Origin: Pyrobaculum calidifontis JCM 11548
GTDB lineage: Archaea > Thermoproteota > Thermoprotei > Thermoproteales > Thermoproteaceae
NCBI RefSeq assembly: GCF_000015805.1
Contig: NC_009073.1
Coordinates: forward strand, 420,001 to 452,000
DNA: 32,000 nt
Direction of reading: 5' to 3'
A program made the position numbers and the translations under genes. The notes beneath the pieces were generated by a model that worked only from the letters and a program-made list of their open reading frames with translations, was not told the origin of the DNA and ran no database searches. Position 1 is the first letter of the stretch, and every line of letters starts with the position of its first letter. Shown here in pieces: positions 1-9,382 of this stretch.

Positions 1-73
1 GTTCCCCCAGGCAATAACCCATGTAAAAGTGGGCGAGGAGGGTGGGTCGTGGATTATTCGCTACTAGTGCGCA

Positions 74-916
74 CTAGACGCAGGAGTAGTTGAGAATCTC
101 TGCGCATTTTGGAATCTCCTCAGGAATCTTGGGAATCGCCTCGACGATTACTTTGCGGATTAGCGCCATTTTTTCCGTCATCATTTTCTCCACGGCCTCG
201 GCTGTGACCGGCTGGTGGGGGACCCATATGTCGTAGTCTGTGACGAGGGCTATTAGGCCGTAGCACATCCCCAACTCTCTCGCTAGGTTTATCTCGGGGA
301 CAAGCGTCATGCCTATGATGTCGCAGCCAAACACCTCTCTCCAGATGCGGGACTCGGCCTTTGTGCTGAAGCGTGGCCCCTCGATACATATGTAGCACCC
401 GCCGTCGTGAGTCTTGTTGTACTTCGACGCAGTCTCCACTAACACCTTCCGAATCTCCTGTGTAAAGGGCTCGAGGCCTATTTGCACGTGGCACGTCCGC
501 GGCCCGTCGTAGAAGGTGTACTCGCGCCCCTTGGTCATGTCCACGAACTGGTCTGGGACGACGAAGTCGCCGGGGGCGTAGTCGGGCCTCAGCGAGCCCA
601 CCGCGCTGACCGCCACCACGGACTTGACGCCGAGGGCGTGGAGGGCGTATATGTTGGCCCTGTAGGGTATCTTGTGGGGCGGGTACTTGTGCCCCCTCCC
701 GTGCCTAGGCAGAAAGGCCACTACCCGCCCGGCGACTCTGCCAACGATGACGTTGTCTGAGGGGAGCCCGTAGGGGGTGTGCATCTGTACCTCCACGGCG
801 TTTTCAAAAATCCCAGGGTCGTACAGCCCAGAGCCCCCAATGATGCCCAGAGTGGGGAAGCTGTCAAACCCTATCTCCTGAGGCCTCCTAGGCGGTTGAG
901 TCAGTTTCACAACCAT
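74..916 (-). CDS. mtnP: S-methyl-5'-thioadenosine phosphorylase (MTAP, PNP/MTAP family)
   Basis: 280-aa ORF with GIIGGSGL near the N-terminus, FLPRHGRGH, and the IGMT..PE block typical of MTAP/PNP phosphorylases. An A/T-rich box (about 925-945) lies ~24 nt upstream of the ATG at 916. Confidence 0.9.
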   Translation of the reverse strand: MVVKLTQPPRRPQEIGFDSFPTLGIIGGSGLYDPGIFENAVEVQMHTPYGLPSDNVIVGRVAGRVVAFLPRHGRGHKYPPHKIPYRANIYALHALGVKSVVAVSAVGSLRPDYAPGDFVVPDQFVDMTKGREYTFYDGPRTCHVQIGLEPFTQEIRKVLVETASKYNKTHDGGCYICIEGPRFSTKAESRIWREVFGCDIIGMTLVPEINLARELGMCYGLIALVTDYDIWVPHQPVTAEAVEKMMTEKMALIRKVIVEAIPKIPEEIPKCAEILNYSCV

Positions 917-935
917 GTCGCCTAAATTACCTACT

Positions 936-1133
936 TTATTTAACTATTATGACGCCAAAAACGCCTAGGGCGCCATTCGACGGAGGTGGGCTCGGGTTGT
1001 TAAACCCGTGTTTTCCGTAGAAGGGCCAGCCGGTGCCGCTCTCGCCGTATTTCATGACAAGAGACCACTCGTGCTTGTGAAAGCCAACCATGCCCTTGCC
1101 GCCAGAGCCGCCGCTCTTCCTATGCTGGCCCAA
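936..1133 (-). pseudogene. Fragment resembling the N-terminal region of ribosomal protein uL15 (L15P/L27a family)
   Basis: 65-aa ORF reading [28 protein letters not shown]...FYGKHGF, which matches the Gly-rich/HKHKW/FGKxGF N-terminal signature of archaeal uL15. A stop lies 2 codons upstream of the TTG start. The ORF ends 20 nt before the MTAP start, so there is no room for the uL15 C-terminal domain. Confidence 0.4.
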
Positions 1134-1201
1134 GTGCTACTTTGGAGTATTTGACGGCTGGCTAGCGCTTAGGCGAGGGCGTGTGGGCGAGGCTTTTATA
1201 G

Positions 1202-1714
1202 TTGGCTGTTCTAGCTGACATGTCTGAGGTATTTGCGCCGACGCCTACGGAGTTATTGAGGAAGTACGGGGCGAAGAGGCTGGGCGAGCGTTATGAGGTC
1301 TCTGCGTTAAATTTGCCCTGGGTTTTTAAACGCGAGGTAGAGGTCGAGATTTCGCCTGGTAAGCAGTACCGCATCTCCGGCGTAGAGGTGGTCGGCGTGT
1401 CTCCGCCGTGGGAGACATACGTGGCCCTTGTGGACAAGGGCGGGGAGTTTGGGGTGGGGTATGTGGCGACTCCCAGGAAGAGGATGTTTCAATGTATCCG
1501 CAAGCCCTACGCCTACCCCCTCGGCGTTAAAACGCCGCAGCATATAGTGGTTAAGCCAGTGGAGCTCCTCCTCACCGACGCCCCGGGCGTTGTGGAGTGC
1601 GTAGACAGAGCCTTCACCGCTGGCTACCTCGCCGTTTTTATAAATGCGCCTGTTTCAGTTGTTCAAAAGGCACAGGTCCGGATAGAGCCAGTCATCGAGG
1701 AAATGTTTAAATAG
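1202..1714 (+). CDS. Hypothetical protein (170 aa), no recognisable motif
   Basis: Clean ORF with protein-like composition. The antisense ORFs look like shadows. No family recognised. Confidence 0.55.
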   Translation: MAVLADMSEVFAPTPTELLRKYGAKRLGERYEVSALNLPWVFKREVEVEISPGKQYRISGVEVVGVSPPWETYVALVDKGGEFGVGYVATPRKRMFQCIRKPYAYPLGVKTPQHIVVKPVELLLTDAPGVVECVDRAFTAGYLAVFINAPVSVVQKAQVRIEPVIEEMFK

Positions 1715-1736
1715 TGAGGAAAGTGTAGAGTTTGGA

Positions 1737-2099
1737 ATGGAGATCAAGCTTCCGGGTCAAGACGCCGAGGACATAATTGACCAACTGCTCGGCGGGGGCG
1801 AAGACACGGCGCTGATGCAGACAATTACCAAGGAAAAGGCCTTGATTAGGATTAGGCTGGAGAACAGGAGGGGACACTACGTGACTATTGTGGACTTCGG
1901 AAACTCCGACGACGCAAAACAGCTGGGAATCAAAGACTTGGCCAGGGAGTTGAAGAAGAGGCTGGCGGCGGGGGGGACTATTAGGGATAGCTGGATTGAG
2001 ATACAAGGCGATCACCGGCACAAGGTCAAGAAGCTCTTAGTAGAGATGGGGTTCAAGGAGGAGAACATACTCATCGATGAGGGAGTCACTGAGACGTAA
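1737..2099 (+). CDS. sui1: Translation initiation factor aSUI1 (eIF1 homologue)
   Basis: 120-aa ORF. The core [16 protein letters not shown]...[16 protein letters not shown]...[15 protein letters not shown] matches the SUI1 domain pattern. Confidence 0.9.
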   Translation: MEIKLPGQDAEDIIDQLLGGGEDTALMQTITKEKALIRIRLENRRGHYVTIVDFGNSDDAKQLGIKDLARELKKRLAAGGTIRDSWIEIQGDHRHKVKKLLVEMGFKEENILIDEGVTET

Positions 2100-2391
2100 G
2101 GCGGAGGAGGCGCTGGGGAGGGGGGACTACAAGGCCTTGGCCACCCTCTGCCTAGAGCTACTAGAGGCCACGGAGTGGCTCGAGGCTTGGAGAAAAATCG
2201 ACAAACTGGCCCAATCCAGCGGGGAATACGTCCTCGCCAAATTCCTAGCCTCAGCCTACGCCTTGGCAAACGACGGGATATACGGCGCACTGTCCCCAAT
2301 GACGAGGGAATTCTTGGCTAGAGACATCGTCGTGTGCCTAGAGAAGGCCAGCCAAGTCTTAGAATCCCAACTTTTTTCCCAGCCCCTATAG
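2077..2391 (+). CDS. Hypothetical helical protein (104 aa)
   Basis: ORF overlapping the sui1 end by 23 nt. Helix-rich composition, no motif recognised. Confidence 0.4.
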   Translation: MRESLRRKAEEALGRGDYKALATLCLELLEATEWLEAWRKIDKLAQSSGEYVLAKFLASAYALANDGIYGALSPMTREFLARDIVVCLEKASQVLESQLFSQPL

Positions 2392-2922
2392 GGGGCGTAT
2401 TTCCACAATGGGGTTTTGAATGTGCACCCGCACCAAGAGGTGTTTCAGCTCCAGCGCCTCTGCCTTCTCCCTCTGCGCCTCGGTGAGCCGGCCTGTGTTA
2501 GTCTTTACTTCTACGGCGTAGATCTCGCCGTCTTTCTCGGCGAATAAGTCAACTGTGGCGAGGGCGCGCCTATAGGCGAGTAGGTGTATGTGGCGGCTTA
2601 GGGCCTGGAGCAAGGAGCCTAGCTCCGCCTCTATGCACTTCTTTACGCAAGGGGCGTATGCGCTGGCCTCGAGGGGCGTGGCGTCGGGCAGTCCCTCGAG
2701 ACATCTGCCTCGCCAATAGCCGACTTTCACGTAGCCGTAGGGAGTGGCCAGCGTGTAGGCCAGCGGCCGCGGGGGCTCCGCAGCGCATTGGCCCTCCAGC
2801 GAGTGGTAGACCGCGGCCAGCTCCAGCGCTCTCACGAACTCCCCCGGCTTGAACACTCGAAGGCCCCTCTGCCTCAGCGCCTCGGCGGCTATGCACTCCC
2901 CCACTACGCCGACCTCTTTCAC
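2386..2922 (-). CDS. PD-(D/E)xK nuclease-like protein (Hjc/YraN-like core with a large insertion)
   Basis: N-terminal GECIAAEALRQRGLRV helix plus C-terminal VDLFAEKDGEIYAVEVKT (D...E-V-K) fit a restriction-endonuclease-like fold. Its GTG start overlaps the argS TGA stop (ATGTGA). Confidence 0.5.
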   Translation of the reverse strand: MKEVGVVGECIAAEALRQRGLRVFKPGEFVRALELAAVYHSLEGQCAAEPPRPLAYTLATPYGYVKVGYWRGRCLEGLPDATPLEASAYAPCVKKCIEAELGSLLQALSRHIHLLAYRRALATVDLFAEKDGEIYAVEVKTNTGRLTEAQREKAEALELKHLLVRVHIQNPIVEIRPL

Positions 2923-4808
2923 ATCTTGGTCAAGGTGGGTATGCCGAGGATGTAGAACCCTGCCTCCAACACCGTCTTCACCGCGTTTACTAAGGCCAGC
3001 CTAAAGCCGCGGAGCGGCTCCTCGGCCTTTAACACAGGCGCCTTCTCGTAGTAGCTGTTGAACACTAGGGCGAGGCCGTCTAAGTACTCTGCGACGTAGT
3101 CTGGGCGGAGGGCTTGAAACGCCTCTTTCACGACCGTGGGCCACTCCGCCACTTTTACCACCAGGGTCTTCTCCTCGGGCAACATCTCCCCCGGTATCTC
3201 AGGCCGCGCTGGCGGGGCCTGGGCCTTCTCCAGTATGGAGTAGGCGCGGACATACGTGTACTGTAGGAATGGGCCAGAGTTCTGGCGCATGTTCAAGACG
3301 GCGTCCCACTTGAACTCTATGGGCTTCCTAGGACCGGTGGAGAGGAAGGCATATCTCACAGAGCCCACGCCCACCCTCTCGGCTATTACTCCCGCCACCT
3401 CTGGGTTAGCCTCTTTCACCAAGGCGGCGGACCGCTCAGCCGCCTCGTCCAAAATCTCGTCTAGGGAGATGTACTGCCCCCTCCTCGCGGACATCTTCGC
3501 CCCCGGCAAGTTGACCATTTCATAGGCGTAGTGTACAACGTTCTTAGCCGCGTCTTCGTGGCCTAGGGCGTAGAGGATTATGCGGACGTGCGCCTGCTCG
3601 TGGGTCTGCTCCGTGGAGACCACCCTAATAACCTTGCCCAAGCCCCTTTTCCACTGCCACAGAGCGTAGGCCACGTCCCTCGTGACGTAGAGAGTGGTGC
3701 CGTCAGACCGAGTCAAAGTGACGGGAGGTATGAACTTGGGGAGGTCCAACACCTCGTGCAACTTGAAGTCCTCCGCGAATTTGTCGGCGCGGAACACCAC
3801 GGCGCCGCCCTTGTTTTCCACATACTGAGGCCACCTCCTCTGCAACTCTCTCACAATCCTCATGGCCTCGCCAGACCAGACGGATATGTCGCTCTCGTAG
3901 TCCCAGTAGTCTATCTCTATGCCAAGCCTCGCCAAAGTCTCCCTCTGACCCCTCAGCACAAGATCCACCACCTCTCTCACGGCCTCCCTCGCCTCGGCGT
4001 CGCCGGCCTCGTACCTCCTGTTGAGCTCCACGGCCTCTTGAGCCACATCTCTCTGCCCAAGGACCTCCACCACCTTGTTCACAAGGCCCCCCTCCACGTC
4101 CATCAGCCGCTTCAAGACCGCCACCCACTCATCAATCTGTGCAATTATCTCCCTCTTCTTCTCCTCCTCCCCCGCCGCCGTCAGCTCCTTCTTCAGTCTA
4201 TTTATCTCCGCCACGGCGTTTGTGGCAGAGTATATGTAGCCCACCACTAAGTCCGGCTTAGCCCCCCGAGCCACGGCCTCCGCCGCCTCCTTCCTAACGG
4301 CGCGGTAGCCAATCGCTGCGTACATCACCTGGACGCCGCAGTCGTCGACGTAGAAGTGCGTCTCCACCTTAGCGCCGCAGAACTTCAAAAGCCGCGCCAG
4401 CGAGTCGCCCAAAATGGCGTTTCTCCCATGGCCAATGTGCAGAGGGTGGACGGGGTTGGCAGAGGTGTGCTCCACGAGGAAGGACCCCCCTGGACATACG
4501 TCTGACCCATAACGCCTGCCCATTTCAGCCACTGCGTCGAACACAAGCCCGGCCAGCCTGGCCACGTTCAACTCCGCGTTGAGGTACAAGCCATCTGCAG
4601 AGACCCACTGCAGATACTCAAGCCCCCAGTCCCCCTCCGCCGCCGCCTTCAACTGCCCGGGATCCACCTTGTACTTGTGGAAACGCGCAGTGAAGTAGCC
4701 AAACCTCTTCGCCCTCTCCACCTCGGGCACTTCGCCAATGCCAAGCCGCTTCGCCACCTCGGCCACCACTCTCCCAAACTCCTCCCTAGCAGGCTGTAGA
4801 GGGTCCAC
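2919..4808 (-). CDS. argS: Arginine--tRNA ligase (class I)
   Basis: Contains SANPVHPLHIGHGRN (HIGH motif) and the class I ArgRS layout, including the C-terminal anticodon-binding helical domain. The 728-aa ORF (to 5105) runs antisense through rps28e. I place the start at GTG 4808, ~24 nt downstream of a TATA-like box (TTTTATAA on the minus strand, 4828-4835). TTG 4853 is an alternative start. Confidence 0.88.
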   Translation of the reverse strand: MDPLQPAREEFGRVVAEVAKRLGIGEVPEVERAKRFGYFTARFHKYKVDPGQLKAAAEGDWGLEYLQWVSADGLYLNAELNVARLAGLVFDAVAEMGRRYGSDVCPGGSFLVEHTSANPVHPLHIGHGRNAILGDSLARLLKFCGAKVETHFYVDDCGVQVMYAAIGYRAVRKEAAEAVARGAKPDLVVGYIYSATNAVAEINRLKKELTAAGEEEKKREIIAQIDEWVAVLKRLMDVEGGLVNKVVEVLGQRDVAQEAVELNRRYEAGDAEAREAVREVVDLVLRGQRETLARLGIEIDYWDYESDISVWSGEAMRIVRELQRRWPQYVENKGGAVVFRADKFAEDFKLHEVLDLPKFIPPVTLTRSDGTTLYVTRDVAYALWQWKRGLGKVIRVVSTEQTHEQAHVRIILYALGHEDAAKNVVHYAYEMVNLPGAKMSARRGQYISLDEILDEAAERSAALVKEANPEVAGVIAERVGVGSVRYAFLSTGPRKPIEFKWDAVLNMRQNSGPFLQYTYVRAYSILEKAQAPPARPEIPGEMLPEEKTLVVKVAEWPTVVKEAFQALRPDYVAEYLDGLALVFNSYYEKAPVLKAEEPLRGFRLALVNAVKTVLEAGFYILGIPTLTKM

Positions 4809-4827
4809 AAAGGCGAGTAATTCCCAC

Positions 4828-4846
4828 TTATAAAACTTTAAAAACT
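4828..4846. promoter_or_regulatory. Putative bidirectional TATA region shared by argS (-) and the rps28e-rpl24e operon (+)
   Basis: The only A/T-rich tract in a GC-rich context is TTATAAAACTTTAAAAA. It sits ~24 nt from GTG 4808 on the minus strand and ~20-25 nt from ATG 4864 on the plus strand. Confidence 0.45.
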
Positions 4847-4863
4847 CGTGCAAACGGCCGCCT

Positions 4864-5097
4864 ATGGCTGAGGAGGTAAAGTTCTCGCCATACGAGGATG
4901 CAGTAGCCGGGCTAGTGGTACAGATACTGGGGAGGACAGGCGTGGCAGGCGAAGTAACACAAGTGAAGATCAGAGTACTAGAGGGGAGAGACAAGGGCAG
5001 AGTACTCACTAGAAACGTAAAAGGCCCAGTACGCCTCGGCGACATTGTAATGCTAAGAGAAACCGAAAGAGAAGCCAGGAGAATTACGGCAAGATGA
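4864..5097 (+). CDS. rps28e: 30S ribosomal protein eS28
   Basis: 77-aa [53 protein letters not shown] is the canonical S28e sequence pattern. Confidence 0.95.
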   Translation: MAEEVKFSPYEDAVAGLVVQILGRTGVAGEVTQVKIRVLEGRDKGRVLTRNVKGPVRLGDIVMLRETEREARRITAR

Positions 5098-5282
5098 AGA
5101 TCCACAAGTGCTCCTTCTGCGGCGCCGACATACCCCCAGGCTACGGCATAATGTACGTAAGAAGCGACGGCACAGTACAGAGATTCTGCAGCAGAAAATG
5201 CTTCGTAAGCGCAGTCAAGTACGGGAGAAACCCCAGAAAACTTGCATGGGTAAGAAAGAAAAAAGCCAAAACTTCAAAGTAG
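5094..5282 (+). CDS. rpl24e: 50S ribosomal protein eL24
   Basis: 62-aa ORF with a CSFCG...C..KC zinc-ribbon pattern and a basic tail. It overlaps the rps28e stop by 4 nt (ATGA). Confidence 0.95.
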   Translation: MKIHKCSFCGADIPPGYGIMYVRSDGTVQRFCSRKCFVSAVKYGRNPRKLAWVRKKKAKTSK

Positions 5283-5431
5283 TACACTTCTCCTCGTTAT
5301 ACCCGTAGTACCGGTTGACGCGCCGAGGCGTGAATCGGTAGATGTATATCAGCCACAAGCTATACACTTTGTACTCCTCGCAAGTGGAGTGTCGCCAAAA
5401 CGACAGTTGCAGTAAAAATGTGAGGGAAAAA

Positions 5432-5881
5432 TTAGCGTCTGACCGGGATGGCGTTTAGCCCGTGTTTTGCCCTAATCTCGTTGATCTTGTTTACCAGCGC
5501 CTCCAGCTCTCCTGCAGCTTGGCCTGCCTCAATTACCACCGCGGCCGCGGCGGCCACGTTTATCCCAGCCGCCTTTCCCAACTTCTCCTTAGACGGCACA
5601 TAGACGTAGGGCACCTTCTTCTCCTCGCAGAGAAGCGGGAGGTGGGCAACAACCTCGGGGGGGTCCACGTCCTCGGCAATTAACACAAGTTTCGCAAGGC
5701 CGCGCTCCACGGCTTTAGTAGTCTCGTTAGTCCCCTTTTTGATCTTCCCCGTCTGCCTCGCAATTGAAAGTATCTCCAGCGCCTTCTCAGCCACGTCGCT
5801 CGGCACCTCGAATCTGACGTAGAACGGCTTCCCCGGCAGAGGGTTGGCGTAGAACGTCTTTGGGTCAATCGTCACCGCCAT
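5432..5881 (-). CDS. rpl7ae: 50S ribosomal protein L7Ae (kink-turn binding)
   Basis: 149-aa ORF with [51 protein letters not shown], the L7Ae/L30e/S12e signature. Confidence 0.95.
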   Translation of the reverse strand: MAVTIDPKTFYANPLPGKPFYVRFEVPSDVAEKALEILSIARQTGKIKKGTNETTKAVERGLAKLVLIAEDVDPPEVVAHLPLLCEEKKVPYVYVPSKEKLGKAAGINVAAAAAVVIEAGQAAGELEALVNKINEIRAKHGLNAIPVRR

Positions 5882-5912
5882 GGCCCCCTAGAAATAACCC
5901 AATATATAAACT

Positions 5913-6992
5913 TTAGGCCGCCTCTCTGCGGAGCTCCTCGAGCCTCCTCCGCTTCAGCGTCTTCACAGGCCGCTCCGCCACGACGCCCTGCGGCATAAAC
6001 ATTAGCACCAAGATGACGACTATGCCGAAGACCATGTACTGGAAGAAGACGGGGTCCACGTTGACCACCTGCCTAATCCCCTCCTTGTACAAGCTCAACA
6101 ACCTATCCGCGGCGTAGTATATGCCTACCCCAACTAGCGCGCCCACGTTGTTGCCGCTGCCCCCAATGATCAACATGAGCCAAGCGTAGAAGGTGTAGAG
6201 TGGGACAAACTGGCCCATGTTTACGAAGTTGTTGTAGAAAGCCAGGAGGGCGCCGGCCACGCCGCTGAGCGCCGAGGCGACCGCCAAAACTCTAACCCTA
6301 AAGCGGACTATGTCTTTTCCAAATACCGCAGCCGCCGTCTCTGCGTCGCGGATAGCCCTAAGCGCTCTGCCAAAGGGAGAGTTGCCCAGCCTCTCCGCCA
6401 CGAAGAAGGTCAACACGAGGAGCAAGACGACGACGAGGGCGTACCCCCAGGGCCTGAGCTCCCCCATCCACACAAAGGGATCCGGCACCACGGCACCGAA
6501 GACCCCGCAGGCCAACTGGGGGGTGTAGGTGGTTATTACTCTAATAGTCTCGGCGCTCACCAAGAGGAGAATGCCTAGGTAGTCCTCGCGGAGCCTTATG
6601 GCCGGCCAACTCATCACTACGCCGAACACCCCCGCCAACGCGGCGGCTATGATGAGAGCCATAAGGAAGAACGCCACAGCCTCCAGGGGATTGGAGAGGA
6701 AGATCCCCTTTATCACATCGGCCGCCTGGTACTGATAGGCGGTGCAGTACGCGTCGAGGTTTGCCAGGGGGTTTATCCCAAGTCTGCTCTGTATAAGGCC
6801 GCCGTATAGGAGGAGCGCAACCTTAGTGGCAATTCCCCCAACGGCGAAGGCCCCCAGCGCCAAGAACATGACTTTGCCAAACTGCGGCAGGCCCAGGTAC
6901 CCCACCTCTAAGTTGAGGCTGAGGACGTATATAGCGTATATAGCCGCTATGGCGACCGTCTCTCTTATAAATACATCAATTTGGAGAAACAT
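5913..6992 (-). CDS. livM: Branched-chain amino acid-type ABC transporter permease (LivM-like)
   Basis: 359-aa polytopic membrane ORF with the LivH/LivM family layout. It lies immediately downstream of the LivH-like gene. Confidence 0.85.
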   Translation of the reverse strand: MFLQIDVFIRETVAIAAIYAIYVLSLNLEVGYLGLPQFGKVMFLALGAFAVGGIATKVALLLYGGLIQSRLGINPLANLDAYCTAYQYQAADVIKGIFLSNPLEAVAFFLMALIIAAALAGVFGVVMSWPAIRLREDYLGILLLVSAETIRVITTYTPQLACGVFGAVVPDPFVWMGELRPWGYALVVVLLLVLTFFVAERLGNSPFGRALRAIRDAETAAAVFGKDIVRFRVRVLAVASALSGVAGALLAFYNNFVNMGQFVPLYTFYAWLMLIIGGSGNNVGALVGVGIYYAADRLLSLYKEGIRQVVNVDPVFFQYMVFGIVVILVLMFMPQGVVAERPVKTLKRRRLEELRREAA

Positions 6993-6993
6993 A

Positions 6994-7929
6994 TCACCTC
7001 CCCCGCTTGGTTAAGAGTGAGACAAGTCCCTGAGGCATGAATAGCAGAATGACAATGACGATGGAGAAGGGTATGATCAACTGAAACTCTATGGGCACGT
7101 TGAGGGGGGCCAGGATATATGCTGCGCCTAGCACTGTGCTAAGTCCCACCACGTATCCGCCTAAGAGGCCGCCGAATATGTTGGAGAGACCGCCCACCAC
7201 AGATGCGACGAAGACAAGGGCGAGCCTCAGCCAGCCCAGCTCCTCAGTCATGGGGAAGAACATGGCCATGTACACCCCCGCGAGGCCGGTCACGGCGCCT
7301 ATTAAGAACCACGCAATGGCAAAGACGGCCTCCACGTTTATCCCCACAGCCTTGGCCAAGTAGATGTTGTCTATGCTGGCCCTCATGACCACTCCGTACC
7401 TAGTTCTGTAGAGAATGAAGTAGAGCAGAGCCGACACCGCGGCCACCGCCAGCGACGTGTTTATGAGAGAGGAGGTCAAGAAGTCGGTGCCAGGCCACAC
7501 AAATTCGTAATTTGCAAGCAAGACGTTCCTAGTCAACACCTTGTACGTATTTTGCACATAATCCGCCGCTATGGCCACCGCAGAGAAGAGGACAAAGTGG
7601 ACGCCGAAGGAGGCGATCATGAGCGCAGTTATGCTAGCCCCCCTCCGAATCATTGGCCTAAAAACCGCGATGTAGGTAGCCACGGCGACGGCCCCGCTCA
7701 TCAGCACTACTAGAGGGAGAGAGAGGTAGACGCTTGCGGCAGCACCACCGAGAAGGAAGACGATGGTGAAATAGCTCACGTAGGCCCCCACTGTGGCCAA
7801 GTCGCCGTGGGCAAAAGACGGTATCTTAGTAGTGATGTAAGTGAGGTTTAGCCCAAGGCCTAGCAATGCGTATATGTTTGAAAATATTATAGCCCTTGCA
7901 AGAGTTGGGTAGTCTATGAACAAGTCCAT
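6994..7929 (-). CDS. livH: Branched-chain amino acid-type ABC transporter permease (LivH-like)
   Basis: 311-aa polytopic membrane ORF. It is divergent from the binding-protein gene. Confidence 0.85.
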   Translation of the reverse strand: MDLFIDYPTLARAIIFSNIYALLGLGLNLTYITTKIPSFAHGDLATVGAYVSYFTIVFLLGGAAASVYLSLPLVVLMSGAVAVATYIAVFRPMIRRGASITALMIASFGVHFVLFSAVAIAADYVQNTYKVLTRNVLLANYEFVWPGTDFLTSSLINTSLAVAAVSALLYFILYRTRYGVVMRASIDNIYLAKAVGINVEAVFAIAWFLIGAVTGLAGVYMAMFFPMTEELGWLRLALVFVASVVGGLSNIFGGLLGGYVVGLSTVLGAAYILAPLNVPIEFQLIIPFSIVIVILLFMPQGLVSLLTKRGR

Positions 7930-8027
7930 GCACCCCCAAAAAGACCTATTAAATAACTTTTAGTACAATAGACTACATTTATCTATATAGATGAGCAATG
8001 CTTTTATATACCCGGTCATGGGCCTCT

Positions 8028-9353
8028 ATGGCGTCAAAAGCCTACATCTGGGTAGCAATCGCGGTGGTAATTATAGCCGTAATAGCCGCAGTGCTCCTAA
8101 TGCAACAGCCTACTACACCAGCGCCCTCCCCCACGACGGCCCCAGCAACAAAAACCACCGCCACGCCCACAGCGACTACGCCTGCACAGCAGGTAAAAGT
8201 TGTCAAAATAGGCGCGTTGACGCCTTTGACTGGGGGGCTGCAGTCTTATGGCATTGGCATGAAGAATGCGGTGGAGCTGGCTGTAGAGGATGCTAATCAG
8301 ATGTGCGCTGGTAAGGGCATTAAGTTTGAACTATTGGTAGAGGACACGGCGACTGACCCCAACCAGGCTTTGCAGAAGTTGCAGGTGTTGTACGGCAAGG
8401 GGGCTAGGCTAATCGCTGGCCCAATGTCTAGTAGAGAGGTAAGCGCGGTGAAGTCTTTCGCCGACCAAAACCACATAATCGTGGTTAGCCCATCCTCAAC
8501 TTCCCCACTACTGGCGGTGGCCGACTGGGTGTTTAGAATGGTCCCCACCGACTTTGCCCAGGCCAAGGCCATAGCCGACTTGATGCAGAAGCTGGGCATT
8601 AAGAGGGCGGCCATTATCTATAGAAACGACGCGTGGGGCGTCGGGCTTAAAGACGCCATTGTCTCAGAGGCGCAGAAGTTGGGCATACAGATCGTCGCTG
8701 TAAAGGGCTATGACCCAGATCCCAAGGCTTTTCCACAGGCAATGCCCACAGTGGTGAACGAGGTGTCTAAGGCCATTGGCCAGCCTTCGCCAGACGCCGC
8801 GGTGGTCTTCCTCACTTTTGAAGACGACGGTGTGGCCGCCATGTCTGCCGCCGGCGGTGACCCCGTGTTGAGCAAAGTGAGGTGGATTGGGACCGACGGC
8901 TTTGCCTACAGCGAGGCTTTGATAAAGCAGGTGGGCCAGTACATGGCCGCCGCTAAGTTGCTTGGCACTATCGCCGCGCCGGACCCCAACGACCCCAACT
9001 ACCAAGCCTTTAAACAGAAGTACAAGGCTAAGTACGGGAGAGACCCCGTGGCCTACGACCCCTACAGCTACGACGCCGCCATGATGCTCATGAAGATCGT
9101 ATGCGAGCTCGGCACAGACGACCCAGACAAGGTGAAGGCCACACTAGAGCAGTGGGCCAAAGAGGGCAAGTACTCGGGAGTGACCGGGAAGGTGTACTTA
9201 GACGAATACGGCGACAGGGCCTACCCCAACTACCTCATATGGGGCGTAGTCGTTGAAGGCGGACAGCCAAAGTACATAGACGCGGGGTACTACTACGGCA
9301 CAGATAGAAAGATCGTGGTCTACGACCAGGGCAAGCCCCTCTTCCAGCAGTAG
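8028..9353 (+). CDS. ABC transporter substrate-binding protein (LivK/periplasmic binding protein type I), membrane-anchored
   Basis: N-terminal TM helix, then a Thr/Pro-rich linker (TTPAPSPTTAPATKTTATPTATTPA), then a Leu/Ile/Val-binding-protein-like domain (IGALTPLTG...). The start is set at ATG 8028, ~24 nt downstream of CTTTTATATACC. The ORF itself opens at 7998. Confidence 0.85.
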   Translation: MASKAYIWVAIAVVIIAVIAAVLLMQQPTTPAPSPTTAPATKTTATPTATTPAQQVKVVKIGALTPLTGGLQSYGIGMKNAVELAVEDANQMCAGKGIKFELLVEDTATDPNQALQKLQVLYGKGARLIAGPMSSREVSAVKSFADQNHIIVVSPSSTSPLLAVADWVFRMVPTDFAQAKAIADLMQKLGIKRAAIIYRNDAWGVGLKDAIVSEAQKLGIQIVAVKGYDPDPKAFPQAMPTVVNEVSKAIGQPSPDAAVVFLTFEDDGVAAMSAAGGDPVLSKVRWIGTDGFAYSEALIKQVGQYMAAAKLLGTIAAPDPNDPNYQAFKQKYKAKYGRDPVAYDPYSYDAAMMLMKIVCELGTDDPDKVKATLEQWAKEGKYSGVTGKVYLDEYGDRAYPNYLIWGVVVEGGQPKYIDAGYYYGTDRKIVVYDQGKPLFQQ

Positions 9354-9382
9354 CACATATAAACACCCACCTTTTTTGCCCC

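Noticed and set aside
64-77. Perfect 14-bp palindrome CTAGTGCGCACTAG overlapping the MTAP stop codon
   Set aside because: It is short enough to occur by chance, has no adjacent T-tract, and sits at the window edge so its context is invisible. Not enough to call a terminator or operator.
3588-4250. 220-aa (+) and 141-aa (-) ORFs inside argS
   Set aside because: Alternative-frame and antisense shadows of a confidently identified synthetase gene, with biased Arg/Gly/Pro/His composition.
4809-5105. 99-codon N-terminal extension of the argS ORF ([14 protein letters not shown]...)
   Set aside because: It runs antisense through the highly conserved rps28e gene, is Ser/Thr/Leu-rich without ArgRS similarity, and lies upstream of the TATA-like box. 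The real start is inferred at 4808 (or 4853).
5283-5431. Possible C/D-box or other small RNA in the rpl24e / rpl7ae convergent gap (also checked 10148-10267 and 24436-24616)
   Set aside because: On either strand I found no RUGAUGA/CUGA box pairs with appropriate spacing, no convincing terminal stems and no tRNA-like structure. Covariance-model searches are needed to exclude a small RNA, so nothing is called.
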